A DNA stretch of 64,000 nucleotides from Lepidodermella squamata (Eukaryota; Animalia; Gastrotricha), in assembly GCA_047495785.1 (NCBI GenBank), contig JBLDXI010000007.1:2294001-2358000 (forward strand). The letters run 5' to 3'. Positions 1 through 11,082 of this stretch are shown one piece after another. The first letter of the stretch is position 1, and every line of letters begins with the position of its first letter. Both the position numbers and the translations under genes were made by a program. Under the pieces are notes generated by a model that saw only the letters and a list, made by a program, of their open reading frames with translations, did not search any database and was not told where the DNA came from.

Positions 1-399
1 GCTGATTTTAATGATTTTATTTTTGAGAATTTAAGCGGATAAGACTTTGTGAAGCAAGATTAGGGTGATCAATAAAATGATTTCACAGTACGAGACGTGA
101 TGAATTGTTCGTGTCATTTTGTAGCTCGCCTTCAGTCCCTTTCGGGCAGACAAGCTACCGGGGTACAAATTTTGTAACAGTGTGTTACTTTCACTTTAAC
201 ACTGAGCGAGAGGCTTTTTTTGAGAAAAGCAGAAAAAACCACTGATTAATTTGCATATTCACACACTATTACGCAGCACTATAAGTCAGCATGGAAAAAA
301 ATCATAAAAAATGCGCACGTAGATGATAATTATGCCTTATTCACTCTATTCACTGCACACGCGCCGGCCAAGGCGTTGGCCCGATCACGGCGGAGAACA

Positions 400-648
400 A
401 TGGGAACAAGCGCTATTGTTCAGCGCTGTACTCGGGCCGCCGACCTTGGACCGGGACTTGGTAACATTGCCGGGTTGTATAGGATGACCCAAGCCCGGCG
501 GCCCGATTCCAAAGGCCCGAGCCCGGCGGCCCGTGTGCGGCGTTGACAATAGCACGTCGCATACGGGCACGTTTTTAAGCGGCCCGAGCGTATGGGCCAG
601 CCGGGTCGCGCACGGGCCGAATTCGGACTCGGGCTCCAACACCAACAT
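400..648. mobile_element. Partial copy of a GC-rich non-autonomous TIR element (same family as 37281-37728)
   Basis: Shares CGTCGCATACGGGCACGTTT and a GAATTCGGACTCGGGCTCCAACA-type terminus with 37281-37728; the internal AGGATGACCCAAGCCCGGCGGCCCGATTCC occurs there inverted and diverged. Left boundary uncertain. Confidence 0.6.
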
Positions 649-1618
649 TTAAAATGCTCTATAAAAATTGACGCAGAATATGTAATAATTTACTAAGTTT
701 GTGTCGATCGTAAATCGTAACTGTGTCATGTTAAAGGTTACGCTAAACACTGTCAATAGGGATAATATGAATTGCCCATTTGCAATAGTTCTATTGAACA
801 CTGAATAACAACATAGAATGCTTAATGCAGGCTGATGATGCGCATTGAGCTCCGTAGCGACCGGGGCAGGTAGGGTAAAATTTTGAATGAAATACAGCCT
901 GCTCATAATAGGAGGGCAGAACGATTACTATTGTATCAAAAATCATATTTGGGTGATCAAATGGCATAATTCTCGAAGAAATTCTCATTCACTCGGTAAA
1001 ATTGTTACTCTTTTACGCTCTATCCGTTGATATACGACTCTAGTATTTCCAACTCATCCTGTAGTCAACATTTGGCAGTCAACTATTTTCAAAGATTGGG
1101 CAGCACATTCGGACGAAACTTCTACTCATTGTATTTTTGCGCTCAGCTATCAGCTATTGTTTCCTTTGTGATTGGTGGTATTCTAAACCTGCATCGTTAA
1201 GTTTTCAACGAACGAAATCTCCATTTGAATTGCTACTTGAACAGTTGTCTCTTTGACATCAAATCTTCCTTACTCGAGAATTTGAATTCTAACGTGGCAG
1301 TCCGCGAGGTTAGGTTGCTTGATTGCTGCTCACTTTTTGCAGTACGCAGATTATTACCCTCATCAAGTGATTTCTTCCAGCACCCGACGCAAAAAAGCAA
1401 AAAGATGAGTCATCCGTGATTCCGTGATGAGTCATCTCGGCACACATAAATGTACTAGCGTGTCGGATGTACTGTACTTATCTATCTATGCTTACCGGAC
1501 GATGTTCAACTATGTATTTCGTTTGTTGTGCCCAAAGCCCAACCGTGGCCGGTGCTTTATTATTTTGAAACAATGCAACATTTGTTTGCCTTTAAAGGCA
1601 ATTGCTATTTATACGAAC

Positions 1619-4600
1619 ATGAATTCAGCCGAAATAGCGTCAGCTTTCACCTCAATAAGCGAATTCAAAATAATTGAAACGTTAGGAAAAGGTGGCTTTG
1701 GTAGTGCATGGCTATGTCGACGGAAAGATGGCGATTTAGCTAACTATGTGGTTAAAGCTGTTAATCTCAACGAGATTCTAAGGAAATACCGAAATAAAGA
1801 TGGCGAAGTGGCTCTCGCATTGAAACTAATAGATCTGAGCTGCAAAGAGGTAAGGCATATACTTTCCAATTGCATAGGTATCTGATATTTTTCTTCAGCA
1901 CAAATTAATTGAGAGCTTGAAACATGATAACATCGTCGCTATCCGAGGCGCTTTTACAGGTATTATTACGCGACACACCCAATCGCTCACAACATTTTTT
2001 CTATGATAGAGTTTTGGCAACAAACGGTTGAAGGGCTAGAACACTGGAAACTGCTGGAGGATGAAATTTACTACTTGGTGATGGAGCATTGTTCAAATGG
2101 CGATTTGGAAAATTACATCAAACGGAAAAAAGAATTCCAAGCGATAATACCAGAGTGTCTCTTGCACGAATGGTCTTGCCAGTTGGTGTCCGCTGTCAAT
2201 AAGATTCACAGTCATGGCGCGATGCATCGGGACATCAAGCCTGCTAACATATTTTTGTGCATGGACGATAGGACTGTGAAACTTGGCGATTTCGGCTTAG
2301 CTAAATCCCCTGACATAGATGGCGGGTGAGTCTTTTTAGTTTCCAGGAAGCATATGAGAAAAGAAACTATTTGCCTTCGGCCAAGTTCGGCGAGCATGTT
2401 AGTTGCTTTTGGCACGAAATTGTACATGGCGCCTGAAACGTTCAGTAGCAAGAATTCAAAGGAGAGCGACTGGTGGTCGCTTGGCGTGACTTTATTCGAG
2501 CTGGCTAATTTCTACTTGCCGGTAAGCAAATCAGTCCCGCGAGCCCAATAAATAGATGTAGTTCTTTTTCAGTTTGATAATCAAGCTGATATCATCAAGT
2601 AAGTTTGAAGCATGAAAGCAGGTTAATTCTAGTTATGGATTAGATTTAGCTATGAATCGCTTTATTTGAATAGCCAAGCAAGACAAGTCGAATTAGCGGA
2701 GAGCGTCTTGAAATTGCTTATTTGCAGACAAGTGTGCGTAAAGTGAAGTACGTTCGACCCTTTAACGTAAATGCAAATTACGATCAGTAGGATCAGTGCT
2801 GGAATAAGCTGAACGCGTACTACATCATAATGTTAGGCTACTTCAAGTACTATCGAATGAGTCATCAAAGTGGTTGCTTTGGCGCTTCGCTCACACTATG
2901 TTGATTTTTTTATTTTCAGGGAAGAACCAAAATCCTTTGCCAAAGACCGGCCTTATTCAAATGAGTATCATTGCTTTGTTTTCTCGATGCTCGTTAAAGA
3001 CCCTTCCAATCGAGCTGACGCTGGTGCTCTCCTAAGCTGTCCTTTCATTAGACAAATGGAAATGACCGAAGAGCCCGCAGCTAAAGTTCGGAAGTTGGAA
3101 TTATTTTCCTCAATCCACGAGTTCAAGCGTGAAAAGGAGCTCGGAAGAGGCACCTTTGGCTCGACAATGCTATGCAGGCGATACAAAAACGTTGCCCGTT
3201 ATGTTGTCAAGGCTTACAACCAAAGTCTGATTCACCGGATTTATGACAAAGATCTTGATTTTGCAGAGCGACTAATCAATATAAGCCGAGACGAGGCAAA
3301 GCTTCATAGTTTATGAAAAATAATGCATATAAGCAGAGATGTTTTAACGTCTAGAATCTTAAACTCGTGGATTTATCACACGCAAACATCATTTCGATTT
3401 ACGGATCATTCGAGGGTGAGTCAGAGGCACTTATATCGTACTACCGCGCATCGAGTGCGTAATTCATGTCACTGTATCCCGTTCCACAATCGGGGGAATC
3501 CCAATTCAAATAATCATCTGCCACCCTAATCGAGATGACTCAAAAACGGTCAAATGCCATTTGCTATATAGCCGCATAATTCCTTCTCTTTTAATTGTTT
3601 GAAGAACATGGCTCTGCAGGTGCAATTTACTATTTGGTGATGGAATATTGTTCGGAAGGAAATTTGAATGATTACAAGAACAATTCAGCTGGGCCTATTC
3701 CCGAAAGTTTGTTGATGGATTGGTCACGACAGCTTGCTTCTGCGGTGGCCAAGCTGCACGAAAGCGGAATCCTCCATCGCGCAATAGAACCCAAGAATAT
3801 TTTTCTCAACAACGGCACTTCTGTCAAGGTTGGAGGGTTCGGGTTCGCGAAGGTTTACGAGAGGTAGGATCGATTTTGATGCAATATCCGCATGTAACAA
3901 TGATCGCAAAGAAGCAAGCAGCTACCAGTTAAAAACTTGGGACACGGTAAACAGCTTTACAAGGCTCCTGAACTATTTGCAAAGGTAGATCACTCGCACG
4001 CGAGCGACTGGTGGTCTTTGGGAGTCACTTTGTTCGAGTTGGCAAATTTCTACATGCCTGTAAGCTAATTCTCTGGGTGGAAATAATGTTTGTTAATACA
4101 AAATAATTTCAGTTTGATTCTACATTGGCTATCCTTTTGTAAGTTTCAATCGATAAGCCTTCGCGCAATTCACCCAATTACTTATAGCAATCCACTATTA
4201 CAGCAATCATCCGAAAAACTTTGATGATTCCCGTGGTTATTCGATTAAATTCCGAAACGCGATCATGGGGATGATTCGTGAAAAAACCAGCTCGAGGCGC
4301 GACTCGCCGCTAGCTTTGCTTAACGCAACGGATAATTCGTTAACAGAGGACCAAATCGCCAATCAGCTCATGAAAACAGCTTCCGATGGAAATCTTGCAA
4401 TCTCGGACCTGAGCGCGGGAGAAAAAGTAATCCACATTTTTCCTTGATCATCAATGAATTGCTATCATTTTATGTAGTTGCTTTTTCGCCTTATCAGACT
4501 GAACAAAGTCGAAGAAATCGAATCGCTTTTATCAACCACGGCTTTGAACATAAACGTTAACTGCGAGAACAGCGAAGGCGTGACCCCATTGTTTCTAGCT

Positions 4601-6979
4601 GCACAAGAAGGACATGATGAGATAGCAAAACTATTGGTAAATAGGTTCAATGCTAATCCGCTGTCTAAGGACCTATTGGGAAGAACTCCCATTTACATTG
4701 CTGCGAATAGCGGCAATTTACGTACGGTTAATATCCTTGGAACGGCTTCGAACGAAAGCATCGATGCTGCAACAAACAACGACGAAACTCCAATTTGGGC
4801 AGCAGTCAAGAATGGCCACGCTAAGGTTTTTAAATTATTAGCAGGTGCGATGAAGGCAAACGTGCAAAAGCAGGATGGGCGCAAAATGAATTTATTGCAT
4901 ATCGCAGCTGGGGAGGGTCAGGCCGAAGTGGTTCGACTTCTCGCAAACGAATACATCACAGTGAACAGTGCAATGGTGATGGGATTTACCCCTTTGCATC
5001 TCGCAGCACTGAATGGCTCCGTTGATGTTGTGAGAATGCTAGCAAACGATTTCAACAGCGACGTTAATGCCTCTGCGGAGGATGGCTGGACACCACTACA
5101 CATCGCTTCTCAAAATGGACACACCGAAGTCATCAGAATGCTTGCAGGGAAGTTCAACTGCAGCGTTGATGCCCCTGACGAGGATGGCTGGACGCCGTTG
5201 CACATAGCAGCTCAGAATGGTAACTTGGCAGTCGTTAGAATGCTTGCAGGGGAGTTCAAATGCAACGTTAACGCTTCTGTGAAGAGAGGGTGGACGCCGA
5301 TACACATCGCTGCTCAGAATGGACATGCAGAAGTCGTCAGAATGCTTGCAGAGGAGTTCAGCTGCAACGTTAATGCCTTTGAGAAAGATGGCTCGACGCC
5401 ACCGTTGCACCTCGCTGTCCTGAAGGGACAAGTGGAAGTGGTTAGGATGCTAGCAAGGGTGTTCAACTGCAACGTTAATGCGCCTGGGTTAGACGGCTCG
5501 ACGCCGTTGCACATCGCTGCTCAGGCGGGACACGCGGAAGTTATCAGACTACTGGCAGGGGAGTTCAAATGCGACGTAAATGCTTCTGTGAAGGAAGGCT
5601 GGACGCCGATACACTTCGCTGCGCAGGAGGGACATGCAGAAGTCGTCAGAATGCTTGCAGAGGAGTTCAACTGCAACATTAATACCTCAAGGCAAGATGG
5701 CTGGACGCCGATACACATCGCTGCTCAGAATGGACACACGGAAGTCGTCAGACTGCTAGCAGGGGAGTTCAGATGTGACGTTAATGCTCCTGAGGAGAAC
5801 GGCTTGACGCCGTTGCACATCGCTGCTCAGAATGGAAACACGGCAGTCGTCAGAATGCTAGCTGGGGAGTTCAGATGCAACGTTATTGCCTTGGATAACA
5901 GAGGCTGGACACCGTTGCACATTGCTGCTCAGAATGAACACCTGGAAATCGTTAGAATGCTAGCGGGGGAGTTCAACTCCGACGTTAACGCTTTTGCGAA
6001 GGATGGCTGTTCGCCGTTGCATATCGCTGCCGGGAATGGCCTTGCAGAAATCGTCAGAATTCTTGGGGGAGAGTTCAAATGCAACGTCAATGCTTCTGAT
6101 TTCGATGGCTGGACGCCGTTGCACATCGCTGTTCATCATGGTCACAGGGAGGTCGTCAGAATTCTGGCAGGGGAGTTCAAATGCGACGTTGATGCTCCTA
6201 CTGAGGATGGCTTGACGCCACTGCACATCGCTGCTCAGAATGGACACCTGGAAATTGTCAGATTGCTAGCGGGGGAGTTCAACTGCGACGTTAACGTCTT
6301 TGAGAAGGATGGCTTGTCACCGTTGCACATCGCTGCTCAGAATGGACACACGGAAGTCGTCAGACTGCTTGCAGGAGAGTTCGACTGCGGCGTTGATTTC
6401 CGAGATATCAGGGGCTGGGCGCCGATACACTTAGCTGCTCAGAACGGCCTTGCAGAAATCGTCAGAATGCTTGCAGGGGAGTTCAAGTGTGACGTCAATG
6501 CTTCAGATAAGGAGGGCTGGACGCCGTTGCATATCGCTGCTCAGAATGGCTCCGCGGAAGTCGTCAGAATGCTTGCAGGGGAGTTAAACTGCCACGTTAA
6601 TGTAGAAGATGAAGATGGAACTATGCCGTTACACGTTGCCGCTTATTGGGGCCACGCCGATATTGTGAAACTCCTAACTTCTCAATTTAAAGCAGATATC
6701 AATGCTTTGGACTATGAAACTGAAATAACAATGAAACTGGGAAATTCGTTTGATCCTCCATCTGAAAAATGGTGTTCAGTTCTCATGGGGGCATCCTTTA
6801 AAGGTCGCTATGATGTTGTTGACTTGCTCACACGTGTGCTCGGGGCCGATGTCAATTACAGAGTTCCGTCAACTGGCTGGACAGCCTTGTTCGCAGCCCA
6901 GAATTGCGATGACGATGTGTCGGATGAAGACAAACAAAAAACTGTAGACATTCTCATAGCAGCCGGTGCGATTTTGTAA
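1619..6979 (+). CDS. Multi-exon NEK-like Ser/Thr kinase + pseudokinase + about 23 ankyrin repeats
   Basis: Kinase 1 has [23 protein letters not shown] and APE. Kinase 2 has [17 protein letters not shown] and GFG. Short introns (e.g. 1850 GT, 3296 GC) join these exons in frame, and AAA|gtaatc...atgtag|TTG joins them to the ankyrin ORF 4478-6979. Confidence 0.8.
5080..6660 (+). repeat. Coding tandem array of about 15-16 near-identical 102-bp ankyrin units
   Basis: Recurring GGCTGGACGCCGTTGCACATCGCTGCTCAGAATGG...GTCAGAATGCTTGCAGGGGAGTTCAA with a 34-aa period. Confidence 0.9.
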
Positions 6980-7333
6980 CTTTGCGTCTATTTCGCAAAA
7001 TAAAGTAAAGGTTTTTCATTGTGACTTGTCATTTCGCCGTAATAATGTCGTGTTTTGCAGTCGAAAAACTGTGATACGTATCACCCATATATTCCTCTCT
7101 ATTTGCGACATAGAACTGAATTTCCAAATGCTTATGAGAAAGCCTGGAGCTGATCACCAGTTGCTATTTGGCCGTTATTCGAGGATGAAAACTGTCAAGT
7201 CTTTTTGACTGTAAGGAAAATCATTCGATTTCGCGAATTTCCGTAATGATTTTAGAGAAATAGGCACGCAACATAAAATCGATTGATTGGGTATAGGTGA
7301 AATTACCAAAATTATTTTACTAATAATTGAAAA

Positions 7334-9852
7334 TCAGAACGCGAAATAAAGATGTAGGATGACGATGATAAAAATGAAACCTAAATAATAGACAATAACT
7401 AGCCGCGTTGTTGCAGTTTTCGCGTAGAAAGACGGTATGTCGCTGCTAGAATGCGACAACCAATCATCGTGTTGAAACTGCACATAGACGCTATTCGACC
7501 CTGGCTTATTCATCGGCGGCCGAACTGGCGCTGTTTTCGCCGCAGCCGCGTGGTGCCGTCCTAGGGCCAACTCGTGTTGTTGGTTATGCAGCTTTTTATT
7601 ATCAGAGTTCAGCTGCAATTTACAGGTATCAGCGATGCGGGCCAAACTATCCTGGGCTAGGACAGTTTTTCGCCAAATCAATAAACAACTCATCGCATGG
7701 TCTTGGCCGCGGAGTAAATTCCCTATCGATAATTTGACGTAATCTCCAGATTCGCCATTTTCAGACGGTAACGATGACAGGGTTCTATTGAGCTGGACCC
7801 AGATGAAAGTTGCCAGCTCATCGCCGTGTTGATCAAAGCCGGTTAAGTGCATTTCTTTCGCGCTATAACTCAGCGCAAAAAAATGCCACATTTTCCCATC
7901 CATCTTGTAATTTAACGGTCGCGCTGTGAATTGCGCAATGGGCTGGCCATGGGTTGAAATGAGGATTTTATTCAATGGTTTATAGCTGATTGTTAGGTAG
8001 GGTGACTCCTCAGGTAGGACCATCAGTTTCCCATTGCGAGGATTTCGCGAGGTTTGATATTGCGTCAGGGAAAGAAATTCGCCGTACTGTTGTAGGTAAG
8101 GATCGATGAGTGGTGCTGAGAATAGGAAACTTAGGGTGAAAGTTCGGCTGAAATTCGCTATCAAATACTCGGCCATGGGTTCATCCTAAATAAAACGGGA
8201 TATAAAGTTTGTGATTACAAATTTGAAATTGGAAAAATCGGTAAATTTGTATAAAAATTAGAAAAAATAAAAAAAATTGAAGATTTGAAAAATTTGAATT
8301 TTCGAAGATTTGAAAAATTCAGAAAAAAATTGAAATCTTCACATTTTTTCCGACAACTCCGAATGATGTTCCAGGTCGATTGAAGGGTCCCAAGCCGAAG
8401 AAAACCCGTGCCGCTCGGCTGATTTTAGACGGTTTAACAGAATTTGTGACATCCCAAAGCCCACTTTGCCGATCCATCGGGACGAATAATTCGAGCTGGC
8501 GCCTTTTAGGCAGCTGCGAATACGGCATCACGTGACCATGGTCGCATTTCGCCCTCAGGCTATTACCCTTAGTTTTGCATAGGCAAGGCAATTGCGACAC
8601 CTCCAAGGTGTTAAGCGCCTTTCGGTAGAAGGTCAAACAAGCTATTCTATCCAACGGGCTCAATTGGCCGATGCGTAGGGCTAATTTAGGCAGCGGGCGA
8701 CCAGCTGCAATTATTTTACCGCTGTTGTGTTCGAAAATTGTGAAGTGGTGAAATTCAGCTATTAAATCGCCAGTTGAGCGGTGGATGCTGAGCAGGCTCT
8801 CGTTGTGCTGATAATTAAAGGCGAGGAAGGACCATTCACCGGGTAGGCTGTCACTTACCAGGGTGACATTATTGGCCGGATGTGATGCAACTGCTTTATG
8901 AGTCACCCTAAAATAAAATAAATAATTAAATTCGTGCAATTTCTCTGAAAATAAAATTAATTCCCTATAAATAATAATTAATTAATTAAAAATTTGTGAA
9001 ATATTCAAATTTTGAAAGTTTTAAAATTCGAAAAATAATGTATGGCAATTTAAAAAGTTCACTGGAGAAAAATCATACCTTGGATAAGTCCAAATTCGAA
9101 TTTCCCAGCCAGAGTAGGTTACTTGGAATATGATTCGATCTCCAATAACCAGGCTGAAAATGTCTCCCTCGTTGTCATTTCTATTGAAATAAAGCGAAAA
9201 TGTGAAATCGTTGATCGCCACGGGGAAATTTTGCAGCGGTTCGAGCTCAGAGTTTGTCACAGCTAGAACATAGTCGATGTGGCCGTAGTGACTAGAAGCC
9301 GTGTAGGATGAATTGAATCGGCCGAAAGGGTCTTTATATTCAGCGGCAAGTTTCATATTCGCCACCGAGCTCGGCTGGGTGTGATCGATTCCGAAGCCGT
9401 TGTACTTTGGTCCGGAGAGGAAATTAGTCAGGCCATTTGTCGAATCTAGCGGCCAGAATCCGACCAGGTAGAACGGCTGTGGGCCGATCAAGTTTTTAGG
9501 TCGGGAATCTTCTGTTAGGGGTACAATTTCACTGCCAAATGTAGAGCTGGGAAGATCATTTTCGCTTGTCACTACCACCCAGCTGGAATCCGTGTTATCT
9601 GTGAGAATCGAAAATACAGATTATATCTTGCGATTTTTTCAAAACTTTAATTTCAGAATTAATTTGAATAAATAATTCTGAAATTAGGAAGTTCAATAAG
9701 AATTCAAAAATTCAAATTCAAATCCGAAGCTTCAATTTTCATCCGCAAATTTTTTCTTAATTCAATTTTCAATATTTATTCATAGTTTTACCTTGTTGGG
9801 AAGATTGGCTTATGAAGAATAGCGCAAGAATGAGCCAATATACAGTAATCAT
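7334..9852 (-). CDS. Signal-peptide protein with two LamG/concanavalin-A-like domains and a C-terminal hydrophobic anchor (about 4 exons)
   Basis: Exon 1 encodes MITVYWLILALFFISQSSQQ (ATG 9852). ORFs 9021-9578, 8319-8939 and 7334-8176 carry LVGFWPLD, FTFSLYF, WSFLAFNY and WHFFALSY. The protein ends in LVIVYYLGFIFIIVILHLYFAF. Confidence 0.65.
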
Positions 9853-10366
9853 CAGCTGTCATGTGAAATTTGATCATCTATGACCAAAACAAGCAAGCAT
9901 GCTATCACCGCTATTAGGCGGATTTTCGCTCCGTATCTCTGGCAGAACTAAAGTGTTGTGCACTGAACCAGCGCCAAATTATAGATTCGGCCATGTGAGC
10001 GATTTTATTTTGAATTTTTTATTATTTGCCGGTTTTGTTTTTTTTTCTAATCATTGTGCTCTTGCGAAGTCATCATTTATCGCATAATAATCGCAGGTAC
10101 AATAAACAAAGCGGAGAGTGCTTATTGCGGTGATTATTGTCTTAGTGATGGCTATTTACTTTATCATTGTCAATTGTCACCTGTAAGCTCCGTGTGAAAA
10201 AATCAGTGCGAGTGCATTTTTCCACCCTCACTATTACAATCGATGGACCAAATAACCGAGGCATACAGCAGATTAAAGCCATGGAATTTTTTCAATTTTT
10301 TTTTAATTTTAGCATCAACGCCTTTATCGTTGGCTTCGAAGACTTCTGAAACATCATGGAAATCAG

Positions 10367-10857
10367 CCGGAGCGTGGGGTAACTTGGCCACATGGCTATT
10401 TCACTTGGCGATGAACCATCTGGCAGAAACTAGGGCGATGATTCATCACGCCCTCTCATGTCTAGGCCTCATTTTAGTGCGCATTTCGCACGTTAAAAAT
10501 CGGCCAAGTTACCCCACAAAATTCAGGTAATTACCGCTCGCGATTGCGACATCAGTTTTCCGAGTTCAAGGTGTCATTTGAAAGATATCACCGAGAGGAA
10601 TCTTTCTGTGAAATCGGCGTCTTCCTCCAATCCCAGAATTCCTTATTATAAATGCTCAAAATCTCAGCGCCTAAAATGAACGAGTTGGTACTGACCTTCC
10701 TTGTCATTGAAAAAACGATTTTCGAATTCGGTAAAAAGGGAGTTGTAGCTCAGGTGGCAAGGAATGTTCCTATGAAAACAATTTCGTGAAAAAGGTTTTT
10801 CTCGATGTGATATCGACCAGAAGGCGACTTTTACGGCCAAGTTACCCCACGCCACGG
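10367..10857. mobile_element. MITE with CCG(T/G)(G/A)GCGTGGGGTAACTTGGCC terminal inverted repeats (Tc1/mariner-pogo-like)
   Basis: GCGTGGGGTAACTTGGCC at left and GGCCAAGTTACCCCACGCCACGG-TA at right, with an internal third copy near 10502-10517. Confidence 0.7.
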
Positions 10858-11082
10858 TAAATTCCAAAAAACTTGAAAGCGAGTTTTTTCAGTTTTTTGG
10901 GATTTAATTAAAATAAAAAAAAAGCAAAATAAAATTACAATCGTCGGCTCAGTCTTTTTTTCCAAGAATTTCCTGTAAGAGGTAATCATATATTTATGTC
11001 TCGCTCAAATTCATTTTGGAGCATAGGTAATTTATTTAGTAATTTATTGAGTTTTTTCCGTACATTATTCATCAATCAGCAA

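Noticed and set aside
1424-1618. N-terminal extension of the kinase ORF
   Set aside because: It begins at a non-ATG codon and looks non-coding; ATG 1619 directly precedes the kinase domain.
5080-6660. Regular repeats resembling a CRISPR array
   Set aside because: They are in-frame 102-bp ankyrin coding units in a eukaryotic gene; there are no unique spacers and no cas genes.
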